Shown here in pieces: positions 31,956-42,031 of a DNA stretch of 64,000 bases. Position numbers and translations under genes: made by a program. The DNA comes from a virus. The notes beneath the pieces were generated by a model. That model was not told where the DNA came from. It made no database searches and saw only the letters and a list, made by a program, of their open reading frames with translations. Every line of letters starts with the position of its first letter. Position 1 is the first letter of the stretch. The stretch is from positions 1-64,000 of IMG/VR virus record IMGVR_UViG_3300027708_001885; one strand, given 5' to 3'.

Positions 31956-32451
31956 GTGAGGCTTTCAATCCTGCAACAAAACCTTCATCTGCAAGTTTCT
32001 CACGCAGGATCTTTTCAACAAAATCGTTAAATGTCATATCAGCTTCGTGAGCCATTTTAAAGATAGCCATTAGTTCGTGGTCAGGAAGATCAATTGGAAT
32101 AGTGACACGAGTATCATAATCTTCACCTGCTACAATGGCCAATGCCTTTTGTATGAAGTCGTCATCCACTTCTAGGTCACACCACTCAACCGTGTCCCAC
32201 GCTTCTTTAATCTGATCTACATTCTTGTAGTCGGGGTGAAACAAACGATAGGCTCGTTGGTGTTTGTAATCACACGCTTCGACACAGTAGACTACTTGAG
32301 TTTTTGTATCAAAGATAATTTCCATGCTATAGCCATCTTGATCACCATTCCATGATGATAGTGCATAGGCATTGTCGCTGAACAGGTTATAATCTCCGCC
32401 TTCGGTGATGCGGTAATCAACAAGTTCCATCCATTCTTTAAGTGTTAGCAT
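31939..32451 (-). CDS. Hypothetical protein with ribbon-helix-helix-like C-terminus
   Basis: MAHEADMTFNDFVEKIL. Confidence 0.6.
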   Translation of the reverse strand: MLTLKEWMELVDYRITEGGDYNLFSDNAYALSSWNGDQDGYSMEIIFDTKTQVVYCVEACDYKHQRAYRLFHPDYKNVDQIKEAWDTVEWCDLEVDDDFIQKALAIVAGEDYDTRVTIPIDLPDHELMAIFKMAHEADMTFNDFVEKILREKLADEGFVAGLKASHEAGK

Positions 32452-32905
32452 TTTGTTCCTTGGTTAATTGACAAATTAGTATGAAATGATCATACGCTTT
32501 CTTTACTGCTTCATTAGAGTATAGCATCATTGCTTCATCTTGTAAAGCCTTTATGCCTGCTTCGGCAATTTCTCTGGCACTGGGAAGTTCAATATAATAT
32601 CGATCGTTGCCAAACGCTTTGGCTAGATTTTCCCAGGCCTTACGTTGTTTTTCTGTAATGGGTGTGTTATGTGGTCGCATCTCACTGGCTTTAACTATTG
32701 CTTTACTGATAGCATCTTCTGCCACTCGCCCTGCGGCAATCATTGGAGCATATGCTGGATCAATGTTAAACCGACGACTAGTCCCCCCAGGATAAGACAT
32801 AACGAGGTGACAACCTTTTGTAAAACTGTCGAGGAAGTCATTGTCGTATTCAGCCACCGGAACATATCTACGACCTTTTTTCTCATAGTAGATTTTCTTT
32901 GTCAT
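32438..32905 (-). CDS. Hypothetical protein
   Basis: ORF in operon. Confidence 0.65.
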   Translation of the reverse strand: MTKKIYYEKKGRRYVPVAEYDNDFLDSFTKGCHLVMSYPGGTSRRFNIDPAYAPMIAAGRVAEDAISKAIVKASEMRPHNTPITEKQRKAWENLAKAFGNDRYYIELPSAREIAEAGIKALQDEAMMLYSNEAVKKAYDHFILICQLTKEQNANT

Positions 32906-33173
32906 TGTTCAATCCGTTATTGCGTTTATCTGAAGGTGTATCAACATCCTGTTCAAAGCGTCGTTCTTTGATTGTTTTTTTTCCAAAAACTTTTTCACTA
33001 GAGCAAAGTAAACATTTGGGATTACCACAGTCCAACGCATGTTGTTTGGCAAACTTGTGAGGCTCCTTGATGGGAACTCCAAAAGTTTTGGCAATCTTGG
33101 TCTGCTTCTTTACAGCATTCTCATCCTTGAGCAATCGCTTGCTCTTTTTAAATTTGTCTTGTTCTGTACTCAT
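32883..33173 (-). CDS. Hypothetical basic protein with CGNPKC..C
   Basis: ORF in operon. Confidence 0.6.
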   Translation of the reverse strand: MSTEQDKFKKSKRLLKDENAVKKQTKIAKTFGVPIKEPHKFAKQHALDCGNPKCLLCSSEKVFGKKTIKERRFEQDVDTPSDKRNNGLNNDKENLL

Positions 33174-33388
33174 GCTTCAACTCCGAAATGTTCTTTAATC
33201 TTATTGCCAACCATCCAGCCGTATGTTGTTTCGCCTTCGGCAGTATTATGAGCAACAACAGCACATTCCCGAACAATCAACTCGGCGAACTTTTCAGCAA
33301 AGTCTTTACTATATGGAATAGTCACCGGATAACCATCAGGACTTTGATGTGAAGCCTGTTCAGCAAGTTGTCGAATTCGTTCGTTCAT
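33170..33388 (-). CDS. Hypothetical protein
   Basis: MNERI..EKFAELIVREC..IKEHFGVE. Confidence 0.7.
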   Translation of the reverse strand: MNERIRQLAEQASHQSPDGYPVTIPYSKDFAEKFAELIVRECAVVAHNTAEGETTYGWMVGNKIKEHFGVEA

Positions 33389-34602
33389 TTGTACACCTTC
33401 AAGATAATTATATCTTCGCTAAATCTTCCGTTCAACACTGTCTCTGTAGTCTTGACACTCTTGGCAAACCAAGTTTCAAAACGCTTCTGCGTATTCTGCT
33501 CTTTGAACTCTTTGACCTGTTCTGGCGGCTTACGCAGAGTCTTTTGCATACTCTTTTCAGTGAAGTTGATAAGGCTACTGTTCTTAACACCTAGACCTTC
33601 ACTGGTCTTGGCAATGTAGTAGCCAATCTTGCGTGTCTTGACATTGAGTACAACAACACCGTGAGCACCAATAATGGTAGCAGGAGGCACTGAAGTCACA
33701 CCCAATTTAGTATCAGTCAACATGAACTTCAGCTTCTTAACAACTTCTTCTGCTGGTTTAACCTTGGCGGCACGAGGCTTTTTCAGCACTTTGGCTTCTG
33801 CGGCAATCTGCTCACATGCTGCCATAATTGCTGTATAGAACTCGATCAGTTTATTGACATTCTTACGGCTATTATGCTTGTAGGCTTCTTTCAATTGCTC
33901 ATCAGCTTTACCACTTGACAACTCAATCAGCTCATCGTAGTTGCGTTGGAAATAACCTTTGATCATGCGTGAGTGAGCAGGCTTAGCACCCTTGCCTTTC
34001 AGCAGGTTGACAACCTTGATGTCTTTGGGATTAAACGATTCTGGATCCATAATCCATGCATCAATTGCGGCGTCCAATTCCTCACTCATACCACCTGCGG
34101 CTTCACGCAGACGATCTTGAATAGTTGGAACATAGGACACTGCGGCCTTGACCACTTTAACTTCTTCTTCAGGTGCCTCATCGTATTCACCGGATGCAAC
34201 AACCTTGGCAATCTCTGCATTGAGCCAAGCCACGGTGCTACGACCATCGTTGAATCCTGGATGCACATCTGGCATACCTTTGATCAAACATGCGGCAATT
34301 GCACCTGTGGTCAATTCGCATCGACCATCACGGGTATCTTTAAATTCTTTGATAGCGTCGCGGCCATAACCATTACGACCCATCCAGTCGATAACTTTGG
34401 GCTTGAGTTCTTTGCCGCTGGATTCCATACGGTAATAACGCATGGCATATTGGAAGTGACGCAGGAACTGCTCGCCTGTCCAAGTTTCTGCACCATCCCA
34501 CTTGGGACTGTGATCGCGTTTGGCATTCTCACGGATACTGACGCTGGTGACTTTTTCTTTTTTAACTTTGGGCTTGATCTTAATGCCTGCTACTGTTGCC
34601 AT
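33385..34602 (-). CDS. Hypothetical protein (early promoter)
   Basis: 405 aa, AGGAG RBS, TTGACA-17-TATAAT at 34634-34662. Confidence 0.8.
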   Translation of the reverse strand: MATVAGIKIKPKVKKEKVTSVSIRENAKRDHSPKWDGAETWTGEQFLRHFQYAMRYYRMESSGKELKPKVIDWMGRNGYGRDAIKEFKDTRDGRCELTTGAIAACLIKGMPDVHPGFNDGRSTVAWLNAEIAKVVASGEYDEAPEEEVKVVKAAVSYVPTIQDRLREAAGGMSEELDAAIDAWIMDPESFNPKDIKVVNLLKGKGAKPAHSRMIKGYFQRNYDELIELSSGKADEQLKEAYKHNSRKNVNKLIEFYTAIMAACEQIAAEAKVLKKPRAAKVKPAEEVVKKLKFMLTDTKLGVTSVPPATIIGAHGVVVLNVKTRKIGYYIAKTSEGLGVKNSSLINFTEKSMQKTLRKPPEQVKEFKEQNTQKRFETWFAKSVKTTETVLNGRFSEDIIILKVYK

Positions 34603-34648
34603 TTTGCACTCCTATTTGCTAGTGTATGTATCAATTATACACTGAATT

Positions 34649-34954
34649 TCACTCTATGTCAAGAGTGGTATTACCAGATTTGTCCAAATATTCGCTATAT
34701 TTTAGCAGAAACATAGTGCGTTTTGGCTCATTGTAGAAGTCCAAATGGATAGTTTTTACGCAAAATTTGGTATTGTAAGTGATATCATTAATGTCCACTT
34801 CTTGTTTAATCCAGTCTTCGTGTGTTCTGCTAGTAAAGCCCAACACCTCCCGCATCTTGTCGCGAATTAATAACACACTGGGAGGATGGGTTCGGGCAAT
34901 CTGGTTATAGATTTTAAGCCATACTCCTTCGGATAGCACTATAGGTTTAGTCAT
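34649..34954 (-). CDS. Hypothetical protein
   Basis: ORF in operon. Confidence 0.65.
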   Translation of the reverse strand: MTKPIVLSEGVWLKIYNQIARTHPPSVLLIRDKMREVLGFTSRTHEDWIKQEVDINDITYNTKFCVKTIHLDFYNEPKRTMFLLKYSEYLDKSGNTTLDIE

Positions 34955-35555
34955 TGCTATCGATCACAATCCAACCTAACTGTTTGAGGTCTTCTCGAAT
35001 TTCATCAGTGACCACACTTTCGCCTACAAATGACTGTCCTTCTTTGTAGTGGGTTTGTTGCTCTAGTGTCCAGCTGTCCCACTCGCCTGGTTCTAATGGA
35101 TCGTTGTTTCGGATGCCACTACAATACCAATCAATGTAATCACCTTCTTCTCGCATGTCAGCAATAATACCGCCAGCATACCTCCAACTGGCACTCCAAC
35201 GCTCATCTTTTAAAATAGGTATAACATCTAACTTTTGGAATTCGTTATTACAGATAGCGGCATATAGATTTTGAGAATAGATGCGACTTTCTCGGACCTT
35301 GGCTAACATCCAATCGGTACTACGGAGATCATACTCCATATTATTCTTCTTCCATTCCGGATCTTCTTCTCTAGACATTTTATCAAAATTGATTTCTTCG
35401 TACATTTTAACTATTTCTGGATCAGGTATTTTGCCTTCTTCCACGGTACGCCTTAGGTAGTTATCTCGTTGAAATGTATTACGTTCAGGGCTTCGACTCA
35501 ATTTGGTCATAGGGTCTTTCTGGTCTATTGACACAGTATTCACAGGTTGGATCAT
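34947..35555 (-). CDS. Hypothetical protein
   Basis: SASWR.AGGIIAD..YIDWYCSG. Confidence 0.7.
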   Translation of the reverse strand: MIQPVNTVSIDQKDPMTKLSRSPERNTFQRDNYLRRTVEEGKIPDPEIVKMYEEINFDKMSREEDPEWKKNNMEYDLRSTDWMLAKVRESRIYSQNLYAAICNNEFQKLDVIPILKDERWSASWRYAGGIIADMREEGDYIDWYCSGIRNNDPLEPGEWDSWTLEQQTHYKEGQSFVGESVVTDEIREDLKQLGWIVIDSND

Positions 35556-35645
35556 CGCACTTGGACTCTAACCATTTGTTGCAGGTTTTGCAATAGTAGG
35601 AGTCGTACTCTTCCGAATACTTCTCCTCACCATTGCATTGACAGG

Positions 35646-36485
35646 TTAGGTCCATAGTGAATCACGAACTTTGATAAGGCGGATCATCATTTGTTCATCT
35701 TCCTTCTCATAAGCTGCTTCTATCTTCTGAAGTAGCTTGTGAGCCTTGTCGCTGGCCTTTTTAAGTGCAGGAGTCTTATCGCCACTGAAACTTAACTTTC
35801 CACCATTTGCTAATCGACTAGCTTCACAGTATTCAGTCCAGCCGCTAGCATCATATGGATCAGGACGATTACGATATGTAACAGTCCACCATGTGTAAAG
35901 CTCTTTGATCTCTCGAGCACGAAGGGCCTGTCCGGTGGGCTTGTTATAGTTGGGGTCAGTTGGTTCGAGCCAATCGCTGTTAGTCAAAGTCATGGCCCAG
36001 TCAAGATGATCTAAGCCTGCTTGCGGGCAACGCCAGGTTCTCCAGCGGAACCAACCAGTGGCCCAGAACGGAGCCGCATATTTTGCCTTGTCTTCTGCAC
36101 TGCCCCAGGCAATGTGTATCCATGCTGATTCTACTTCAACAAAATCAACCAGCTCATTGAATAGGCAAGGCAAAAAGCGGTTCCCCACGTCGCACCATTG
36201 ACCCGGTTTAATATCCCTGGGATGAGCGGTAAGACTATGAGTGCGACTAACCCAACGGTTGTTAATGTAGTATTTGATATCATAAAGTTTCCTTACAGGC
36301 CAAGTGACAAAGTCTTGGAGGTGGCTAAGACCTTCTTCTGCCAACCAGTAGCGGAAGTTATGTTTCATTTGGGCCGCAGTAGTCCAGTCGTCCCATTCTT
36401 CGGCTGTGCCCGCGCTGAGTTTTTTAGTTCCACGAAGCCAATCGGCCAGTGGTGAACAAGACCAATATCGTGAGTGCTGCGCCAT
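35646..36485 (-). CDS. Trp-rich hypothetical protein
   Basis: 279-aa ORF after sigma70 promoter 36524-36552. Confidence 0.75.
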   Translation of the reverse strand: MAQHSRYWSCSPLADWLRGTKKLSAGTAEEWDDWTTAAQMKHNFRYWLAEEGLSHLQDFVTWPVRKLYDIKYYINNRWVSRTHSLTAHPRDIKPGQWCDVGNRFLPCLFNELVDFVEVESAWIHIAWGSAEDKAKYAAPFWATGWFRWRTWRCPQAGLDHLDWAMTLTNSDWLEPTDPNYNKPTGQALRAREIKELYTWWTVTYRNRPDPYDASGWTEYCEASRLANGGKLSFSGDKTPALKKASDKAHKLLQKIEAAYEKEDEQMMIRLIKVRDSLWT

Positions 36486-36553
36486 AATAATTCCTTAATG
36501 TAAAAATCCTGTTTATGTATTTAATTATACACTAAACAGGATCAGTTGTCAAG

Positions 36554-36922
36554 TTATTTCTTTAAGAACTGTTTTAATTCTGGAGGAGCCCAACCTAGCG
36601 GCTTCAAAACTTTCCCATCTTCACGCTTACGAACTTTGCCAGTATCTTTATCAATCTTTTCAAAATTAGTTCGCATGACTTCTTTCCAAGCCCCTTCACC
36701 ATCTGCACCCATACTATGGATAGCACCAATGGTGACTACTAAGATGTCAATCAGTGCATCCAATTGCTCTACCTTATCTTCTGCCAATGTTGCTTCTAAC
36801 AATTCTTGATGTTCTTCGTCAATGAGTTTAACATACATTGCGTATTGTTTTTCATTGAAACTGTCAACACTTTGGTCGCAAGCCCGCATAAATTTCTCTT
36901 GATCACGAAACGGATTGGTCAT
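36554..36922 (-). CDS. MazG-like NTP pyrophosphohydrolase
   Basis: EE..EL, DALID, REDGKVLKP. Confidence 0.85.
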   Translation of the reverse strand: MTNPFRDQEKFMRACDQSVDSFNEKQYAMYVKLIDEEHQELLEATLAEDKVEQLDALIDILVVTIGAIHSMGADGEGAWKEVMRTNFEKIDKDTGKVRKREDGKVLKPLGWAPPELKQFLKK

Positions 36923-37739
36923 TGTTTACTACCTTTAATAATTCTTCAAATGAAAAAATTTTCTTCATATACACAGACGGATTAGCTAAAACTGATTTTT
37001 CTAGATCGCCTACTCTGCGTTTTACTACTTTAACATCAAACTCGACATTGTTAGCAGCTTTAAATAATTGTACTATCTCTTTAACAGTCTTTCCTAGACC
37101 GTGTCCTAGATTTTCTATACTGTTTGTAGGAGTATTTACGGCAAGTTTAATAGCTTGGCATATTTCGTCAACATGTACGTAGTCACGAATAGCAGAACCG
37201 TCTGGTGTATTGTAATCTCCACCGTAGATAGAAAACTTGCCTGTCTTAGTTGCTTCTATTAGTTTATAAAACAAGCCGTCGGGATTAGTTGGTCCTACTA
37301 CTCTACTGCCTATTACATTATAGAATCTAAATATAGTATAGTTAACGTTGTTATTTCGACAATACTGTGCTACACAATCCTCAGCGGCACGTTTACTAAT
37401 ACCATAGGGATTAGTACATTTCTCGGCAACGCCTGTGCTGGCAAATATAAAATTTTTTGTTTTAATTTGTCTAAGAACATTAATTGTTCCCATAATATTT
37501 GTTTGATAGTAGCTAATAGGATCAACTTCACTTTCTCCTACTTTGACCAGCGCGGCTAGATGAATAACACAATCAAATTCTTGTTCCAACTCCCAAGATT
37601 GGGTTATGTCGAGATTAAAAAATTCTCTAACAGGAATTTTGGGATCTGTAATATCTAATCCATAGATATCGTATTCTTTTAATAAATCACAGAGGTGACT
37701 TCCTATGTATCCGGAATTACCTGTGATAAGGAGTTTCAT
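36903..37739 (-). CDS. galE: NAD-dependent epimerase (GalE-like)
   Basis: GNSGYIG, YGISK, RFYNV, DG.AIRDYVHV. Confidence 0.85.
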   Translation of the reverse strand: MKLLITGNSGYIGSHLCDLLKEYDIYGLDITDPKIPVREFFNLDITQSWELEQEFDCVIHLAALVKVGESEVDPISYYQTNIMGTINVLRQIKTKNFIFASTGVAEKCTNPYGISKRAAEDCVAQYCRNNNVNYTIFRFYNVIGSRVVGPTNPDGLFYKLIEATKTGKFSIYGGDYNTPDGSAIRDYVHVDEICQAIKLAVNTPTNSIENLGHGLGKTVKEIVQLFKAANNVEFDVKVVKRRVGDLEKSVLANPSVYMKKIFSFEELLKVVNNDQSVS

Positions 37740-37969
37740 CCTCGGCCTGTGGTTGTTTTACTAATTGAAGGGCCTGTGCTGGTAAAATCAATTCCAGCCA
37801 TTCGACCTTCATACATCTTACCATTCCATGTCATGGGCAACTTTACACTCTTATTAAGGACCACAGTTAGATTCTTCTGTTCCTTAAACTCGTGTACAGC
37901 CGCTTCTACCGTTTTACTTGAGTTTGCCTGTTTAACGGTACAGGTCTCACCGTATCTTACCACTTCCAT
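37736..37969 (-). CDS. Hypothetical protein
   Basis: ORF in operon. Confidence 0.6.
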   Translation of the reverse strand: MEVVRYGETCTVKQANSSKTVEAAVHEFKEQKNLTVVLNKSVKLPMTWNGKMYEGRMAGIDFTSTGPSISKTTTGRG

Positions 37970-38267
37970 CTTTGCCCCATCTTAGATAAAATTCACTTAG
38001 TTTCTTTGCTTCAAGTTCTGCTATTACAGCATATTGATGACCGTATGTAGAATGATCTACCTGTCTACGCCACTCGGGTTTATCAATGGCGTGTTCCATA
38101 ACAAACTTACCTGGTTCACTTTGTTGCCACTCCCAAAGCGGGCTAGCTGCATAAATTTCCGGATCATCTACATCACCTAGATTAAACTGGTGTACAACTA
38201 CCTTGTGAATTTCCTTAACAATTCTCTGTCCATCTTTGTCTTCGACTTTGTATCTTACTGCTGCCAT
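37947..38267 (-). CDS. Hypothetical protein
   Basis: ORF in operon. Confidence 0.65.
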   Translation of the reverse strand: MAAVRYKVEDKDGQRIVKEIHKVVVHQFNLGDVDDPEIYAASPLWEWQQSEPGKFVMEHAIDKPEWRRQVDHSTYGHQYAVIAELEAKKLSEFYLRWGKDGSGKIR

Positions 38268-38554
38268 GATAGATGAAAAAATGTAATAAACTTTTCGGCA
38301 TCTTTTTTAGATTTAAAATCCCACATATCAAAACTCATACGTTTAACATTGGGCCAATCTTTTAACTTTTCCGCCGACCATTCAACACAATCGTTTAATT
38401 TTTGATTATACCAAACCATACCCGGCTCTGCTTCTTCTACCACCTGTAATCGCCACCAATGATTGCTTCTTCGATGTAGTGTGGGTTTAATCATAGGCTG
38501 CTCCAAAGCCCACTTTTTAAGGACCTTGTCCAATTCGCTAAAGTCTAAGTTCAA
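38255..38554 (-). CDS. Hypothetical protein
   Basis: ORF in operon. Confidence 0.6.
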   Translation of the reverse strand: MNLDFSELDKVLKKWALEQPMIKPTLHRRSNHWWRLQVVEEAEPGMVWYNQKLNDCVEWSAEKLKDWPNVKRMSFDMWDFKSKKDAEKFITFFHLSWQQ

Positions 38555-39078
38555 ACTTTTTTCTTTCTAGGATAAGTCCGGCGTTTGGTCTTAGTTTCTT
38601 TCATAACCAAAGGACCGTGGCTAACATCTTGTTTAGACTTTTCTAATGCGGCATGGATAGCATCGGCACTGATATTATCTTCATCAGCCATATGTTCTTC
38701 ATGTCTATCAAATTCTTCATTTAAACTTACAGATCCTATGCCATTATGTCCGTCACCTGTAAATTCATCATTTGTTGAGATTATTGCCATTCCAGTTCTA
38801 GCCAACATTCGATGTGCGGCATCTGGATCGGTAAAAGCTTCACGCAAACTACCCACATGCCCATCTTTAGTTTGACTAATAGTTTCCCAAGTCCGAACTT
38901 CGAGCAAAGGTTCAATTTCAGTTGGAATAGCTATAACATAGTGAATGTTTTGACTCCAACCTTCTTGCCTGATAATAAAAGTTTGAACAATTTTACCCTC
39001 AGTAGATTTGATATTATTTTTGCTAACACCGTAAATCCAAACGACATCCCCTATATTATATTTCTTTTTAATTGACAT
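38551..39078 (-). CDS. Hypothetical protein
   Basis: ORF in operon. Confidence 0.65.
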   Translation of the reverse strand: MSIKKKYNIGDVVWIYGVSKNNIKSTEGKIVQTFIIRQEGWSQNIHYVIAIPTEIEPLLEVRTWETISQTKDGHVGSLREAFTDPDAAHRMLARTGMAIISTNDEFTGDGHNGIGSVSLNEEFDRHEEHMADEDNISADAIHAALEKSKQDVSHGPLVMKETKTKRRTYPRKKKV

Positions 39079-39241
39079 GTGTTTCCTTAACGCTTACGTT
39101 ACCTTTAGACTCTAGCATGTCTTTGATAAACTTAATAGCTTTTCTATCGGTATCGTAAACGTATTCTGCGTCCTCGTCATCGGATCGCAAAGTTACAACA
39201 ACGCCATTTTTTACCTTACGGATTTCGATTGACTCAAACAT
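39068..39241 (-). CDS. Small hypothetical protein (57 aa, not in ORF track)
   Basis: MFESIEIRKVKNGVVVTL..., AAGG RBS, fills the gap exactly. Confidence 0.6.
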   Translation of the reverse strand: MFESIEIRKVKNGVVVTLRSDDEDAEYVYDTDRKAIKFIKDMLESKGNVSVKETHVN

Positions 39242-39251
39242 AGTTTTACCT

Positions 39252-40034
39252 TTATTGTGGTACGCTCAAATTATAGTTAAAGTGGAATATACCGATATGA
39301 GCAACTTCTCTGCTCAATTCTTGATCACACCAAACTTCATATCCTGTCTTTTGAGCCTGCTGACAGAAATAAATGTCCTCACCAATTTCAAGATTAAGTT
39401 CTGGAACAAATTCTTGCAAGTAATGCGGTTGTGGAATTTTTTCATAAACTTCACGCTTGCACAGTACCATACCGTGTGGCAGTACATCAATCAATTCCAT
39501 TGCAGGACTTTGATCTGTAGTGTGAAATTCTGTAAATGATCCAGCTTTACCAGTCATACCTGTAAAGTTGGGATTTGGAAAACGGCGACGACGATAGTTT
39601 GCGCCAACAATATCTTTGTTCCGTGCCAATAAACGCATAGGTGCGTCGATGGGAAATTTCATATCACTATCGACCCACCAAATGTAATCAAAATCTGACT
39701 TTAGAAAAATATCAACTAGGTTACGACGAGCAATGGTAATAACTGATCCAATGTTGAATGCACAGTTGATCTTAATACCGTTGGCAACCATATTAGCAGC
39801 CGCCATGGCCAGGTGCTGTGCAAACTCAGCATTAACCATTTCCATTGCGGGCACAGCAATCATAATACTTGGAGGTTTCCCTGCAGGACGTTGTTGCGCC
39901 GCTGGGTTTGGCCTAAAGTTTGTAGGCATTGGTTGTCCAGTCGGTGGCCGACTAAATGCTGCTTGCATAGCCGCAGTAGCCGCAGTCGGAGTAGGCCTGT
40001 TTCCTGTTGGAATGTTTAGTTTACCTTTTTTCAT
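39252..40034 (-). CDS. GT-A fold glycosyltransferase-like protein
   Basis: ARRNLV, WWVDSD, GEDIYFC, H.G motifs. Confidence 0.75.
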   Translation of the reverse strand: MKKGKLNIPTGNRPTPTAATAAMQAAFSRPPTGQPMPTNFRPNPAAQQRPAGKPPSIMIAVPAMEMVNAEFAQHLAMAAANMVANGIKINCAFNIGSVITIARRNLVDIFLKSDFDYIWWVDSDMKFPIDAPMRLLARNKDIVGANYRRRRFPNPNFTGMTGKAGSFTEFHTTDQSPAMELIDVLPHGMVLCKREVYEKIPQPHYLQEFVPELNLEIGEDIYFCQQAQKTGYEVWCDQELSREVAHIGIFHFNYNLSVPQ

Positions 40035-40098
40035 GTATTTCCTTTATTGTTTATAATAACATGTTTCTTGATAAAATGCAATGACTTTTATTACCATT

Positions 40099-40833
40099 TT
40101 ATCGTTTATTAGATTCTTGAAGACTTAATGTATCAAAAAATTCTTTCTTTGTACCCGGGTCCTTGTTAAATGCACCTTTGAGTACAGATGTAGTTGTTGA
40201 ACTATCATGTGCCATAATACCTCGATTTTCACAGCATCCATGTGTCATTCTCAAATAGACTCCGACGTTTTCACTGTCTGTGGCTTTAGAGATCTCCCTA
40301 GCAATGTCATTACAAAGTTCCTCCTGGAGAGTACCTCTACGGGCGCACCATTGGGCGATTCGTGTATATTTGGACAATCCGATGAGCTTCTGGGCGGCAA
40401 TAATGCCAATATAAGCAACACCGCTAACAGGTTGGTGATGATGAGAGCACATACTACGAAGCTCACTGCGGACAACCAGCATACCTTCGTAGCGGTCCTC
40501 CGAATCATTTGGAAAAGCGGTTGCATCTGGTGCTGGTTCATATCTACCTGCCATTATCTCATTAAAATACATTTTGGCCAGTCTACGTGCTGTACCTTTG
40601 CTATTGGGATCATTCTCTCGGTCAATTAACAATGTGTCTAACACACTTTCAAATGCCTCTGTTGCCTCGTCGATTAACTGATCAACGTCTGTAAAGTGAA
40701 CGTATTCGCTAACATTGTCCCCTGCCCAAAAACGCTTGCCTTCACGTTTCATCTTCATGCGGATTTGTCCTGCCAAAGTACCTTCACTATAATCGCCCTC
40801 GTCCATGTTCTGGTATGATACCGGTTCTGTCAT
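40099..40833 (-). CDS. folE: GTP cyclohydrolase I
   Basis: SMCSHH, GLSK..R, LQEEL, HGC..RG. Confidence 0.93.
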   Translation of the reverse strand: MTEPVSYQNMDEGDYSEGTLAGQIRMKMKREGKRFWAGDNVSEYVHFTDVDQLIDEATEAFESVLDTLLIDRENDPNSKGTARRLAKMYFNEIMAGRYEPAPDATAFPNDSEDRYEGMLVVRSELRSMCSHHHQPVSGVAYIGIIAAQKLIGLSKYTRIAQWCARRGTLQEELCNDIAREISKATDSENVGVYLRMTHGCCENRGIMAHDSSTTTSVLKGAFNKDPGTKKEFFDTLSLQESNKR

Positions 40834-40992
40834 TTATTATTTTCCTATGTTAAGGCAGCGGATTGCCATTTGTTAATTGTATAGTATTTAGATTCGTGTG
40901 TCAATGGTTTAGGATAATCTGAGGAAAGTATTCTTTTTAATTGCTACCTACAAATCCATAACCAATAATGCCAACTCTTTCTTGATCAAACA

Positions 40993-41220
40993 TTACTTGG
41001 TAAGGCCCATAAAAATAAGTTCACGCTCTGTGACATTGGCCACAGGTTTAAGCCAACCGTGCTGGATACATTCTAGTATAAGATCTTTGTAATTTTCAGG
41101 GCATCGTTGACTAATTTCAATTCCGGCTCGATTAGCCTGCTCTAGGCCGGCAGTAATTACAAAATTAGGATCGCCCGGTTTGATAGTGCGAATTTGGCTT
41201 TGGTGAACAGTGTATGTCAT
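40993..41220 (-). CDS. Hypothetical protein
   Basis: ORF. Confidence 0.6.
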   Translation of the reverse strand: MTYTVHQSQIRTIKPGDPNFVITAGLEQANRAGIEISQRCPENYKDLILECIQHGWLKPVANVTERELIFMGLTK

Positions 41221-41251
41221 GCTACTATTATAGCATACAATTTAAATTAGA

Positions 41252-41977
41252 TCAACGATCTATCCAATCTTTATTGCGATATGGTTTGCCAACATAGGCC
41301 AATGGAAGATACCGAACTACCTTTTTCTTAACACGCTGTACAATAGGATGATTGTGATCGTGCTCAAATGCCTTTAGATACATTCTCCAACTATTGTGAC
41401 GTCTTTGTTTGCCCTTTTGATTTTCGTTTAAGTAATCAATAATTGAATCGTAATCACCCTTAAACTTGTCAATCATTTCACAGGCAATGTTAAACGCATA
41501 CGCATCTATCTCATCAGAGGATCCTAAGTATTCTTGTTCTAATCTTACCTTAGTCCTGTTAGCTGTACTTTCATAATCCGGAAGTATTTTAAACTTTCTA
41601 CGTCTGTACTGCCTCATATGTATCATTTCATGTAGTAGTGTATCTGCTATGTTAAGGCACATGCTTTTAAAACGTTTAGGAGTCATACAAATTGTATCAT
41701 CCACTACAGGATATGCAAACACTATTTCAATACATTTGGTTTTTTCTTGATCTAAATCGCTGTAATAAGCACCACCGACCCATATTTGGTTCTGTTCAAT
41801 CTTTGGATCAAATTCTCGTTTTATTTTAAGGGGTGCAATTTTTTTTAATTGCGTGGATAGTTTTGTATGGATTTGCTGGATAGTTAGTGTACGTCCAACA
41901 ATATTAGGATAGAGAGAGTATATGAAACCAGCTATAGTTTCTCGAGTTAATCCAGCCCAATTAAACTTGATTCGCAC
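41252..41977 (-). CDS. HEXXH zinc metallopeptidase-like protein
   Basis: LLHEMIH and downstream EIDAYA. Confidence 0.65.
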   Translation of the reverse strand: MRIKFNWAGLTRETIAGFIYSLYPNIVGRTLTIQQIHTKLSTQLKKIAPLKIKREFDPKIEQNQIWVGGAYYSDLDQEKTKCIEIVFAYPVVDDTICMTPKRFKSMCLNIADTLLHEMIHMRQYRRRKFKILPDYESTANRTKVRLEQEYLGSSDEIDAYAFNIACEMIDKFKGDYDSIIDYLNENQKGKQRRHNSWRMYLKAFEHDHNHPIVQRVKKKVVRYLPLAYVGKPYRNKDWIDR

Positions 41978-42031
41978 GTTCTATCCTTTGATATAATAGT
42001 AGTTATCAGTTTTGCATATAGATATTATATG

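Noticed and set aside
33973-34716. 247-aa plus-strand ORF
   Set aside because: Antisense shadow of the 405-aa gene, which has the promoter and RBS
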